A stretch of DNA of 64,000 nt from contig NEEC01000012.1 in assembly GCA_002189035.1 (NCBI GenBank), forward strand, positions 868,001 through 932,000, given 5' to 3'. Below are positions 12,877-24,664 of this stretch, in pieces (within the stretch, counting starts at the first letter, position 1; each line of letters begins with the position of its first letter). The notes beneath the pieces were generated by a model. It was given only the letters and a program-made list of their open reading frames with translations, was not told where the DNA came from and ran no database searches. This stretch comes from Utricularia gibba. Its lineage: Eukaryota; Plantae; Magnoliophyta. Position numbers and translations under genes: made by a program.

Positions 12877-13110
12877 CAAGTTGAGCTTGGCATTTGGGAA
12901 AGAACAGAATGTTGCGAAGATTATAAGGAATCAAAATGCGAGTAAGTAGGATGAAGACTTTGAGGTAGGAGATTGAATTCTTAGGGCTCAATCTCGAACA
13001 AGTTGTGAATCTTTTCTTTTAAAGTTATCTATATGTTGAACTTGGAACTTGTGTGTTCTTGCTTGTAGAATCTTCAGTTTTTAAAATCATTTGAAAAATC
13101 CAAGAGAATC
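12877..13110 (+). mobile_element. Fragment of the Tekay-type element LTR; uninterrupted paralog of 22215-22438 + 23779-23830
   Basis: CATTTGGGAAAGAACAGAAT...GAACTTGGAACTTGTGTGTT...AGAATCTT..TTTTTAAAATCA is shared with the interrupted copy. Confidence 0.7.
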
Positions 13111-13114
13111 AAAC

Positions 13115-13525
13115 ATGAAACAACGGATTCTGGAGGAGGTTCATACATCTTCTTTTTCAATACATCCTGGAAGTAACAAGATGTATAATGATGTGAAGCA
13201 AAAATCGTGGTGGAATGGCATGAAGAAAGATATTGTTGAATTTATTTCAAGATGTGATACATAACAAAGAGTTAAATCTGAACATCAACAATCCAGTGGA
13301 GCTTTATAGCCTTTGGAGATTCCAGAATGAAAGTTTGATCACATCTCTATGAACTTCATTATGGGATTATCTTAGACTTTCAGAAAGAATGATGCGATTT
13401 GGGTGATTGTTGGCGGACTTACTAAAGAAGATCATTTTATTGCTGTTAAAGAAACTGATTGCATGGCAAAGCTTGCAGAAAAATATATTATAGAGATTCT
13501 GAAATTACATGGTGTATCTGTGAGC
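13115..13525 (+). mobile_element. Ty3/gypsy (Tekay/Del chromovirus) integrase N-terminal part: H2C2 zinc finger and start of rve, with stops
   Basis: Translates ILEEVHTSSFSIHPGSNKMYNDVKQKSWWNGMKKDIVEFISRCDT*QRVKSEHQ...IWVIVGGLTK...LHGVSVS. Confidence 0.9.
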
Positions 13526-15056
13526 TAAAGAGCACTGCCATCCTGTTGGAAACAACAATAAATATCCGTAGGTGTTGTCTGCTGCGTTGCTTCTGGTGCC
13601 TAGAGCTTGCGGAGCCATACACACTTTCCACACTCCTTTATTATTTTATCTATTAGTTACTTATTGTTATTGCTTTCTTCACAAATATCCCACTTATTGT
13701 TACATTCAGTAGTTGACTTATTTTCACAAAACACTTTTAAGTTTAGTTTTAGAGCCCTTTGTTCTCCACAATTTGCCATCTGTTAGTTACGTATTGTTGT
13801 TGCTATTCATTAGTTATGTATTGATGTTGCTTTCTTCAATCGTTTTATCCGTTAGTTATGGGTCCATCGAACGATATAAAGCTTGCCTCATTGCAGAAGG
13901 GTTATACACAGGTTGATGGAGTAGACTTTTATGAAAGCTTTGCACCAGTTGCAAAGGCCATGACCATTCGCATCGTGTTAGCATTATCAGTCAAGTACCA
14001 TTGGCATTTGCATCAGGTGGATGTTAACAATGCCTTTCTATATGGGCATTTGGATGAGGAAATTTATATGGCAACCCTTGAAGGCTTCATCTTTGAGCCA
14101 ATGGACCTATGCTTCGTGAAGAAATCTTTATATGGACTTAAATGAGCATCGTGGTAATGGAACATGGAGCTTATAGATTATCTGTTGACCCTCCAATTTA
14201 CACAAGCTGCATTTGATGCATGTCTCTTTGTTTTTCTGGCACTTGATTTATTTTTGGTATTACTAGTTTATGTGGATGATATTCTCATAATTGGTTCCTT
14301 TCTCCATGCTGTTACCGAGTTAAAAGGCGTATTACACTCTTGTTTCACTATCAAGGACCTTCACTTTGCTCACTCTTTTTTAGGCATTGAGTTAATAGAG
14401 TCTCCAAATAGATTATTTTTCTCATAGAAGTGCTATTTAGCTAATATTTTGCAGAGCCTCAATTATTCTGTCATAGGGAGGTCCCTACCCCTATGCCTCT
14501 ACAAATTTTCTAATTATCCTTCGGAGCCGTATTTTCCTGAGTACTATAGATCACTGGTTGGCAAGCTGGTGTACCTTGGCTTCACTCGACCCAATTTTTG
14601 ATTTGTTGTGCAACAATGATCCCAATTCGTTCACTCCCCTAGTATTGAACACTGGAGTCTATTAAAGTGATTGATTGGCTATCTGGGACAACTTCTTCTT
14701 ATGGTCTGTTGTACCCTTACCATGGAGATGCTCATCTTGAAGCATATTGTGATGCGGACTGAGGTGCTTGTTATCTTTCTCATCGCTAAGTTACTGGCTA
14801 TTATGTCTTCATAGGTGGTTGTCTGATTTCCTAGAAAAACAAGAAGTAACATACTGTCTCACATTCATAGTGTAAGTCGAATACTACAGCATGGTAGCCA
14901 TACAAAGCTGAGCTACTTTGGATTTCCTACGTCTCCTGTGATGTGGCTCAGCCTCTGCAACTCCCAATTCCTTTGTGGTGGGACAGCCTATCTATCATTC
15001 ACATCACTATGAATCCCATCTTCCATGAGTGGACTAAACATATTGACATTGATTGT
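13526..15056 (+). mobile_element. Ty1/copia RT-RNase H fragment inserted in the gypsy integrase; ~300 nt of LTR-like sequence at its 5' side, no 3' LTR
   Basis: GYTQVDGVDFYESFAPVAK, QVDVNNAFLYGHLDEEIYM, KKSLYGLK, LVYVDDILIIG, AYCDAD and HEWTKHIDIDC, with frameshifts and stops. Confidence 0.9.
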
Positions 15057-15895
15057 TTTAGATAGAGATCCAAGGTTTGTTTCAAAATTTTGGACAAGTT
15101 TACAACAAGTCTTAGGAACAAATCTGAATTTTAGTACATCTCATCATCCTCAAACTAATGGACAAATAGAAAGGGTAAATCAGATGTGTGAGGACATGCT
15201 CAAAGCTTGTGTGATGGATTTTGGAGGATCATGGGATAGTTTTATTGCCTTAGCTGAGTTTGCATATTACAACAGTTTTCTTAGTAGCTTGGAAATGACA
15301 CCCTATGAAGCCTTGTATGGAAGGAGATGTAGAACAACAATGTTGGAGAAAAGCATATTCTGGGACTTGATCTACCAAAAATTACAAAAGAAAAGGTGAA
15401 GGTAGTTAGAAGAAATTTGAAGATTGCTCAAGAAAGGATGAAGGGGACTGACCTACATAGAAGAACTTTAGAATTTTCAGAGGGAGATTTTGTGTATTTA
15501 AGGGCATGTCCAATGAAAGGAGTGTTGAGAATCAAGAAAAGAAACAAGCTCTCACCTAGATATATTGAACCTTTTGCTATTAAGAGGAGATTAGAGAGTT
15601 TTGCTTATCAGTTGATATTGTGCTAGAGGATTTTGGAAGTATGCATGATGTATTTCACATACCACATTTAAGGAAGTGTTTGAATCCTGAAAAGCAGGCA
15701 ATGGCACTGAGCAAAGTACAAGTTGATGAGAAGCTAAGCTACAAGGAAATAGAGAGGATTTTGGATAGGAAAGAGAAAAAGCTGAGGAGCAAGGTCATTC
15801 GTCTAATCAAAGTACAATGATCTAATCATGGAGCAGATGAGGCAACATGGGAATTGGAGGAAACTATGCTTGCGGAGTATTCAAGCCTTGTTGCA
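15052..15895 (+). mobile_element. Ty3/gypsy integrase core, GPY/F region and chromodomain (continues 13115-13525)
   Basis: IVLDRDPRFVSKFW, HHPQTNGQIERVNQMCEDML, TPYEALYGRRCRT, KLSPRYIEPFAI, HDVFHIPHLRK and ILDRKEKKLRSKVIRLIKVQ*SNHGADEATWE. Confidence 0.92.
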
Positions 15896-16970
15896 AGAAC
15901 AACCTAAGTTTTGACTACAAAACTTTTCTAAGGAGGTGAGAATGTTTGGATCTTGATTTTTTATTTTCTCTACTCTAGTTCTCTTCTTCAATTTGTTCTC
16001 AACCTTTTTTTTTTTATTTGCTGCTTTGAATTGTTAGCCAAAGTATGACCACGTTTCATGTTTTAAAACTCATGTTCCAGTATCGGGGAGTGAAGAATAG
16101 GGTATGATCAACTAAACTAGAGGAATAAGCAACTAGAAGTATGAAGTTTTTATTCTAGTGTTGTGGACTAAAATCAGCTTTGAGGCGGGAGCCGATTTCC
16201 GGGTTGTAGGTAAAGTTGCACATGTTATACCGGGACCGGATGTAAGCATTTTGGGTGTTATGTCGCGATTGACTGAAATAGAAACATACAGATTTTCATG
16301 TTGAAACCATCGGAGAACGGAAAAACCGCGGAGTTGTTGAAGCTCGCTGGAGAATGATTTCTCTAGACGAAGGCGGAGAGAAGATACAAGTAAGGATGCT
16401 AAGAGTATCACCCCTTTCTTCTTCAAGATTTCTCATATTTATAGAGGAGGCTAATCTGACCGATTTCTGAATCCTGAAGGTGTCGGCTACTTTCTGCACC
16501 TACCAACCGTACTATGGCCTTACAATCGGATAACCACCGACTTCTGACATTACCATAATTCGATCACTTTTCAGACTATCTAAAACGTCCGTTGCTGTCA
16601 AATTCTGACACCCATCGCTCTGTCAGCCTGCAACAGCTTCTTAGGACACATTTTGGCTCCTTTTTAGTAACCGATTATCCCAACCGATTTCAGATTCCAC
16701 CATTCAGCCCCTCTGATTTGCCAATATTGACCTCCTTGGGCAAGTCGGTGAATTAGAATCACTTGCGTATCGATTTCGAGCATTTCGATTTCTTGTTGGT
16801 TAGTCTTCACCCGATTTAGACTTACCTCCATGCCATGCGTCATCCCTTGGATGCTCCACGTTTTTGCCCGCTCATTTTGGTTATCTCAATCAATGCATCG
16901 CTTTGACTTCCGAATAACCCTCCTATAAATAAGCGCTTTTCCTGCCATTTTCTCCCTTTACTTCCTCTTT

Positions 16971-19003
16971 ATGTTCACAAGACTTCTGTGCTGTTCGTAA
17001 GGCAAAGTCTCCAATGAGGCAAAGTCTCCAATGGCTGGCTGATCCAATCTCCAATTCTGGCGTTTTGAGGACAACCCCCACTTCATCGTGAAAGCCCCTG
17101 ATAGCCACCATGATTGGTGCTTATACTTTGTTTGGGTGGTGCCTCCATTGGGCTTTCGGTGGAACTTCCCTATTGATCCTCCCACGCCCTTTAGAGTTAA
17201 ATTCTTCGGTGCATATAAGCCCTCTTCCGAATCTCGAAAGGTCCTGTTTGAGAGATTCAGCAAAGGTTCTATCCGTTATGAATCCCGTGCTTTGATGTTC
17301 TCAGGGGAGTCCCTGAAAAACTTGGGTCTTATTGATCGCCTCCACGAATGCCACTTGCCCGATATCATTTTCTCCAAGGATTCCGATCTGCGACTCCCTT
17401 CTCCCAATCCTTCTCCTCCTCATCTTCCCTTGATTCTGCCATCATCCCCACTTGCCCCAAATGTTGAACCTATGGCCCCCAAGAAAAAGAAGAGGGTTAA
17501 GGCACTTGCTTACAAGCCTTCTAAGAAGCATAGAGGTAGTTGGGCCCTGCTTCCCCGAGTTATGAAACTTTTATTGTATTTCACAGTACTTTTGATTTTG
17601 GTATGCAGCTGAGAAGATGGTGCGAAGGAATGCTTTGGAGGATTCGGTGATGGTGCACTTTTCTGCCGAAATGCGCAGAACGTAGAAACCTGATGCAGCC
17701 CCTTCCGCACAGGTTTGGTTTCATGAATCACCGTTACGGGTTCCTAATTCTTACCTTTTTAACTCTTCTTTTAGGTCGGTTCCCTAGAGGTTCAATCGGA
17801 TACCACTGACCACTGAGTACCTTTTAGAGGGGGACCAAATAGTTGAAGTTTCTGGGGTTCGAGAGCCCACACCTCCTCCCCCAACTGGAAAGAGAAAAGA
17901 GAAACTCTTCCATCTCCTAAGGTTGCTGAAATTCCGATTCTCGGCACGAGGCTCAACTCAGCTGGCACTTCCACATCGACCCCACTGACTGAAATGAGGG
18001 AGGATCCTATCCCTTCTCCGACTTCGGTCCCTATCAAACTGCGAAGAGCCCTGGAAGAGGTGACCTCGAGTCTTTCAGGGGTCCATCTAGAAATTGCACT
18101 TAAGGGGATCTTGCATGTACTCTTCTTCTCCCTTCTCAGTGTCACATGTAATCGGTTCCTGAATTAGTGATTCCTTCCTAGGCTTTAACTTTTGGCTGGG
18201 GTATGGCAAAGGAGATTGGGTCCCTCTCGAAAAAGTTTTTAAAGCTTCAGGCTCACATCGCAGCCCAGAATGCAAAAATAAAGCTGTTGGAGCAGGAAGA
18301 GAGTTCGCTAAAGGCAGTTCTGGGAAAATGCACTCGCCGTGAGGAAGAGCTGCAAAACGTGGTGGACGAAATGTGGAAGGTGATCGATGATACCAACTCT
18401 AAAAGGAAAGGCTTCAAGATCAGGTTCAAAGAGACGGAATCAGAGCTAAAGCATGCAAGGGATCACATTTAAGATTTGGAAGCCGAATTACTTAATCAAG
18501 AAGCATCTCAGCGAGGGCTTTTGGATGATTTTGTCAACTCCGCCTACTTTTCCGAGTTGTCAGACATCTATGTTGAGGATATCATTAGGCTGCTCCTGTA
18601 CTAGCAGATGCGCCAGTTTGCTCTTGAGTTTGGACTCTCAATCACCGATCCTCGTTTCACAAGGATTAATCCATTGAAGAAAGACGAGAACATGTTGGAC
18701 GTTATCGTCAGTGTGATTGAAGCCCCGGAATTCGAATTTGGTGCCAATTGGGAGCGCTTGAAGACTGTTGTTCGAGCGAGGATTCAATGGGAGAATGAGG
18801 CCAAGGTGAGAGTGAGATTGGAGGGGCATGTCGATCCCTCAGCTGATCCCTTCGTTGAATGTTTATTTTTTATTCCAGAACTGATGCTTTTGTCCCCGGT
18901 TTGGGGATTGAACAGTCTAGTATTATCTCGGTTTGGGACTTGGTTTTATTTGTTTTGCTTCGCTAGTCGTTCAACTGGGCTTTTTGCTGTTTATTTGCCT
19001 TAG
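16971..19003 (+). pseudogene. Antisense gene of the Tat element, predicted four exons (..-17535, 17609-17712, 17775-18116, 18182-..), with NLS-like motif and coiled coil; inactivated by in-frame stops
   Basis: Three GT-AG introns (73, 62, 65 nt) with matching phases. MAPKKKKRVK motif and heptad-rich LQAHIAAQNAKIKLLEQEESSLK. TATAAATA at 16924-16931. Start and end are uncertain. Confidence 0.6.
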
Positions 19004-19199
19004 TCTTTTCTTATGTGAGCTGAACTGCTGATAACACATATTTTTGAGTGATTGAGTGCATGGAAATTACTCATATTATGCTACAAAAATCAGATTTTAC
19101 TGCCAAGTTCTATATTTTTGTACAAAGTACCGTATTTATGTTATTTTGGTTTTAGTTTTGACTAAATCTACGATTGATCAAAAGCGTACAACTCCATAC

Positions 19200-20933
19200 T
19201 AACTCCATGAATACCCCCTTCCTATGATGTCGCGAGTAATTCAGCCACCTCCTTCTTCATGATGTTGCAAGAGAATCCCTGATCAATAAGGATCCTTCTT
19301 ATCTTGGTGCTTCCGCATATTCCTGCCACCACCAAGGGTTCATTTCATCTATCGAGAGCAACGGGGACATCTCTTTTAGAAAAAATGATTTTTTCCTGTT
19401 CCTAAACCACCTTTTCAGATCGAGTTTTTTTCAATTTCGAAGACTTCTCCCTTTCTTGCCTCATCTGGATATCTTTTCCTTGCTTTACTTGACTCATCAA
19501 TATCAGTGCCCCCATACTCATTACATCCCCTTTTTCTGTGTACATAGGGGGGACTACCGTGTACATGGTTAGCATCTCTTGAACCTTCTGATTTATCTTG
19601 CCCTTTTTCTAGATTCAGGTGTTTGCTGGTGCAAGGAACACCTCCTGCCAGTCAAGATGGGAATTTTGGAGACCGATTTCTTCGCTCGTCGAGTACTCAT
19701 TACGTCCCCTTTTGCATTCTGCCCCTTCTATAGAGCTTTGTGTTGCGCCGTTTGCCATCCCGTCAGCATGATATTGCTCAATCATTCTTTTCATTACCTT
19801 GTAATCAACAGTGTCGTGTCCCGCCGTTTTTCGTATATTGCAATAGGTGCTCATCTTGGATGGTTGCACCTAATATACTTCTCGGCATTTGTTCGGTTGG
19901 GCAATCTTGTTGGGTCGTTCTTCACGCTGCGGGGCTAGGCGAATATCCACGCGGCTTCCCATTTCGACTCTGAGGTAGTCATCGACTCAAATATACTTCA
20001 CGATCTTTCTTAACAACTCCATGAGATTCCTTGATGGGGATTTTGCTAGACTTTGTCCTAGTTTCGACATTCCTAGAGCACGCTTCATGATTTCTACTCT
20101 CTCTTTGAGGTCCAACTGGACATTTTCTGCCAAGCAGTTGAACTGGTCTATAAACCTTCTCAAACTTTCTTTTGGTGATCGTATCGGATGGAATATAATA
20201 CCGCCTTTGAAGGCGGGGTCTTCTATGTTAACAACATATCGGGTGGTGAAGAGCAGTACCAACTTTTGATAAGATCCTATACTGCAAGGTTCCAGCTATT
20301 TGAACCAGGTCTTTGCTCCCTTTTGGAGCGAACAAGTGAATAGCTTGCACTTCATAGCTTCCAAGTGCCGGACCGTTGCCATTCTTATGTCGAAATTGGT
20401 CATGTGGAATATGGGATCACCCTTTCCGTCATATGTTGGTAGTCCATTGGGGATCCTAAATCCTCTTTCTGGTTCTTCTCCAATTAATTCGTCCGAGAAG
20501 GGGTCAAAGCGTAGTGCTGGGGTGCCCCCTACTCCCTCAACGCTGCTTTTTAGGGCCAAGTCGATGTCAGCCAGAATGTCACCTATTCAAGTGCATACAT
20601 TTTGGTCGAACACATCTCTGAATCCTCTGATGTATCTGGTTCATAAATGACTTGGTTGTGCCTCTTCCTTCGCAACATTTCTTTCTCAGTTTCGGATTCG
20701 GTCTCCGTCTCCTGGAGGTACTCCAGCATTTGGGGTTGCTTATCCGCTCATCGTCTTGTTTCGGGCATCCCCTCCCGCACGTTGGAGTTCAGCCTTGAGG
20801 ATGACTTGATTTCGGAAAATATCTCCGTCATGAGGGCTTTGAGTTGTTCCCTGTTGATGACCAAGAGGTCAGAATCTTGTATGCTGGTGCTGCCTTCATT
20901 GCTAGAGTTGATGGCCATGTTGTTGTCTGCCAT
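19200..20933 (-). pseudogene. Tat-type gag and aspartic protease, degenerate
   Basis: PTYDGKGDPIFH...KCKLFTCSLQKGAKTWF (retrotransposon gag), KESLRRFIDQFN, and protease motif IRRILIDQGFSCNIM at ~19255-19305. Confidence 0.85.
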
Positions 20934-22438
20934 AGCAAGAGTTTGATAAGTAGCTTCTATGGGTTTCTCAAGTGGGACGGTAGATCTTGCCCCATGGTGG
21001 GTGCCAAAAATGTTGTGGACTAAAATCAGCTATGGGGTGGGAGCCGATTTTCGGGTTGCAGGTAAAGTTGCACGTGTTATACCGAGACTAGATGTAAGCA
21101 TTTTGGGTGTTATGTCGCGATTGACAGAAATAGAAACAGACAGAGATTTTTACGTAGAAACTGTCGGAGAATGGGAAAACCACGGAGCTATTGGCGCTCG
21201 CTAGAGAATGACTTCACTAGACGATGGTGGAGAGAAGATACAAGTAAGGATGCCAAGAGTTCAACCCCTTTCTTCTTCAGGTTTTCTCATATTTATAGAA
21301 GAGGCTAATCTGACCGATTTCTCAATCCTATAGATGTTGGCTACTTTCTTTGCCTTCCAATCGTACTGTGGCCCTTCAATCGGATAACCACCGACTGTTC
21401 TGATGTTACCATAATTCGGCCACTTTTTAGACTGTCCAAAATGGCCGTCGCAGTCAAATGCGGACACCTATCGGTTTGTCGACCTACAACAGATTGTTGG
21501 GACACCTTTTGACTTCTTTTAGTAACCGATTAACCTAACATATTTCAGATTCCACCATCTAGGTTCTAACATACTCAAATTTTCATCTGTACATATTTAT
21601 GAGCAAGTGTGTCATTACTGGAAATGATGGTTCCTGATGTTTGAATAAATGTTGAACTAATATATATTTTTGCTCAAGAAAATATGGAAAGATGAGGTTT
21701 TAAAGCTTGTATTCTTCCAATGTTTGTATAGAATGCAAACTTGTATTTGAATAATTAGAATTGTTGAATTTTGCTAAGGAATGAGTTGGAGGGTCTCATG
21801 GTTGTATTGGATCTCTTAATGGAATGAAAATTCTTAATGTAGAGTGTAAAGCTATAACTTGTTGAAATATCTTAAGGGTCTTGATTTTTGTTATTTTAGT
21901 ATGTTATACTTTAAAATGCATGGTTATTGTTTATGAGAAAAATATGAATAAAGAGAGAGGGTTAGAGAGTTGAGTAAGTTTGACACATGGTCAAAGGGGA
22001 AAGGACCATCTAGTTTTGTAGAAGTAACCCAAGTATAAGCTAATATCAGCAGTGGAGTTAGATTCGGAAAAGAAAGTTTTCAGGAGAGCTGATTTAAAAC
22101 TTTTTTCTAAGTTTTTGAACCAATGTGAAACGATAGTAAGAATCTTAATTTGGTTTCCGGCTGAAGTCACTATTATGATTTTGAAAGCTTGTAGAGTGAA
22201 AATCTTAATTTGGTTTCAGGCTGAGTTTGCCATTTGGGAAAGAACAGAATTGTTGTAAAGATGAGAAGGGATTAGATGCGAGTAAGTGGGATGAGAAGTT
22301 TGGGGTAGGGAATTGAACCCTAAGGGCTCACTCTGAAATAAGTTGTGCATCTTTTTTCTTTTAAATTTGTACGTGTTTGTCACCTTGAAATTTTCCTATG
22401 TGCTGAACTTGGAACTTGTGTGTTTTTTCTTATAAAAT

Positions 22439-23778
22439 TGATGACACACGTTTTCTTTACATTTTATAATGCCAAATTGTTATGTTTTACTGTGGTTTAG
22501 GTTAGATATATGTGGTTTTTCATGTTTTATGTGTTGTTTATATTAATTTTATGTTTATGTTAAAAAGTGGACAAAATCCTTTGATTTAGTCCACCACCTT
22601 TGTTAGAATGTTTAATTAAATTCATCAGGAGGATTAGAATCAAATCAGACTCAAAGATGTGTGGATCAAGGTAAAGGGGCACAACATCCGAAGAGAGAGA
22701 AAGAGCATTATTCTGCCGCTTACAATCTGCAAGTTCAAGCCGAGAACAGTGCTGGTGTTAGGAACACTATATTGAAGTAAAGGAGAGGAGATATTTTTCG
22801 AAAGGAGAGAATTGATAGAGAGAGCTTCAGCATCAGCGATAACAGAGGAAGCTCCTCCAACAACAAGGACACCAACCAGAAGAGGAGGAGAAGAGCTTCA
22901 TCCTTAAAAAAACCACCAAAGCCCAGTTCAACGCTACTGTTCCATGCAATGAACAGTAGCATATAGAAACCAGAACAATCTTTTACTTCATTTTCATTCG
23001 CTGAATTTTTTGAGTTTTTGTGATAGACTTCCTCACAATGTTTTTGTTACTTTGGCTATTTAATCTTAATAACATTATATTTTATTTTCCAAGTATGAGT
23101 AGCTGGAACCTTAGGAATACCTTAAAGTAAAGCATGATGATGTGGGTCTAGGGTTTATAACACAATTCATCATTATTTCTTAGCGTTTATTTCTAGCATT
23201 TCATGAATAGACCTGAGGAGAGAAATGAACAGTTTCACAACTTAGATACTTGATTTAGAAGTAGACTAATAAATCAAGATAGGGACAATAAGTATTAGTC
23301 TAAGGTAGAACCAGAAGAACCGGGTAGATTTAGTTCTATATACTTTGCATCCGGGTAGACCTGATTGCGGTGTTAGTGACAATATTGTGGACTATCTTAA
23401 CCGAAAACATGATGAATGACCTGGGTAGACTTATGTTGTTTTAAAATTGTGAGTATAGGAATATGGTAAATTAAATTAGACATTTTAGCACTACAACACC
23501 TGCATTAAAACTAGTATTTGTTACTTTAAATGTTGAGACTTGATTTTGTTTATTGAACTCGTTTACTACTAATTCTTTGAGCTTATATTAAGAACTACTG
23601 TTATTCTGAATTCTGCATTTGTTAAAATACTTAGCAAGCACAAGCTCCTTGTGAATGACCCCGAATTCTACTTTACAGTTTGTGATTAATTTGCATTTTT
23701 TGAGGATTAGAGCTTACAAATATATTTGATACGGAATTCTATTTTTATTGCAATGATAATAGGAATTTTCAGTTATCA
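22439..23778 (+). mobile_element. Athila-like solo LTR (family A), 1340 bp
   Basis: TGAT...ATCA termini. Flanks AAAAT/AGAAT form a 5-bp TSD with one mismatch; the paralogous empty site near 13065 reads AGAAT once. Confidence 0.88.
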
Positions 23779-24492
23779 AGAATCTTTAATTTTTAAAATC
23801 ACTTGGAAAATCTAAGGGAATTATCAGATGTGAATTTTTCACTCCTATATGTTTTGTAAAAGCAGAAACTAGTGACAGTTTTTGTAGTCTGTTTTGTTTG
23901 TATTTTTCCTATCCAACTCTTGGGATTTAGAACTTGTATACACATGAACGTTTTAGAACCTTAAGGTTATGCATTTTCAACTTAAGGTAACACACAGTTG
24001 CCAAAACTATTTTGAGTCCCTACTTGTAAAATTCATAACTTTTGATTGGCAGCTGTGATTTACGTTATTTGTTTTCTGAACTCTTCTTCTATCTGTTAGC
24101 TTTCAAATGGTGATTTCATGTGATGTGGATGTCAAACTAAGGGTTACCACTAAAACATCAGTAAGTGCTCAATATGTCCTTAAGTAGGAAAATGTGTTGA
24201 GGTATGAATGCATATCTCGAGGCAACTTGGATTGTGTAGCCATGGGATGTTTTGTTAAGTTATTTCAGATATGTCTGAGGTACTATATAGAAATGGAGAG
24301 CAAAAATATATGCTTGCTTATGTCACTTTGTATGCCTTATGTGAATGTGCTTGATTTTGGTATAAGCTTTAGTTTGAATGGGTGACTCCTTTGAATCAAG
24401 TTATGCTAAATGATGGCTATATGATCTGTTTCATCTGAGTTTTAATGCCTAAGCCAAACTTACATGTGGACATATAGTTAAATGGGGACATG

Positions 24493-24664
24493 TATATATA
24501 TATATATAGATATTTAAAAAATATATTTATAAATAAAAAATGTATTTGACAAATAAGAAAGTGAAATGTGGTATTTTTTAAATTGAGCCAAAACATGTAT
24601 TATTAATAAAAAAGAAATATTAGATTAAATAATGAAAGAACAAGAGAGAGAGAGAGGAGAGAGG
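24493..24664. repeat. Short (TA)n and (GA)n microsatellites
   Basis: TATATATATATATATA near 24493-24508 and GAGAGAGAGAGAGGAGAGAG near 24644-24664. Confidence 0.6.

Larger units (their letters stand above)
16159..21557 (-). mobile_element. Non-autonomous Tat/Retand-type Ty3/gypsy LTR retrotransposon: gag-protease, no RT/RH/INT, plus an antisense gene
   Basis: LTRs 16159-16702 and 21011-21557 (TGTTG...CCACCA); about 10 mismatches in the first 128 nt. Perfect 5-bp TSD TCTAG. PBS TGGCACCCACCATGGGGC (minus strand, ~20989-21006) and PPT-like CAGAGGGGCTGAA next to 16703. Confidence 0.93.
15943..24450 (+). mobile_element. PPT and 3' LTR of the Tekay-type element, interrupted by the Tat element (16159-21557) and a solo LTR (22439-23778); 3' end approximate
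   Basis: AAGGAGGTGAGAA PPT followed by TG at 15943, right after the chromodomain. The sequence around 22215-23830 matches the LTR fragment at 12877-13110. Confidence 0.6.
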
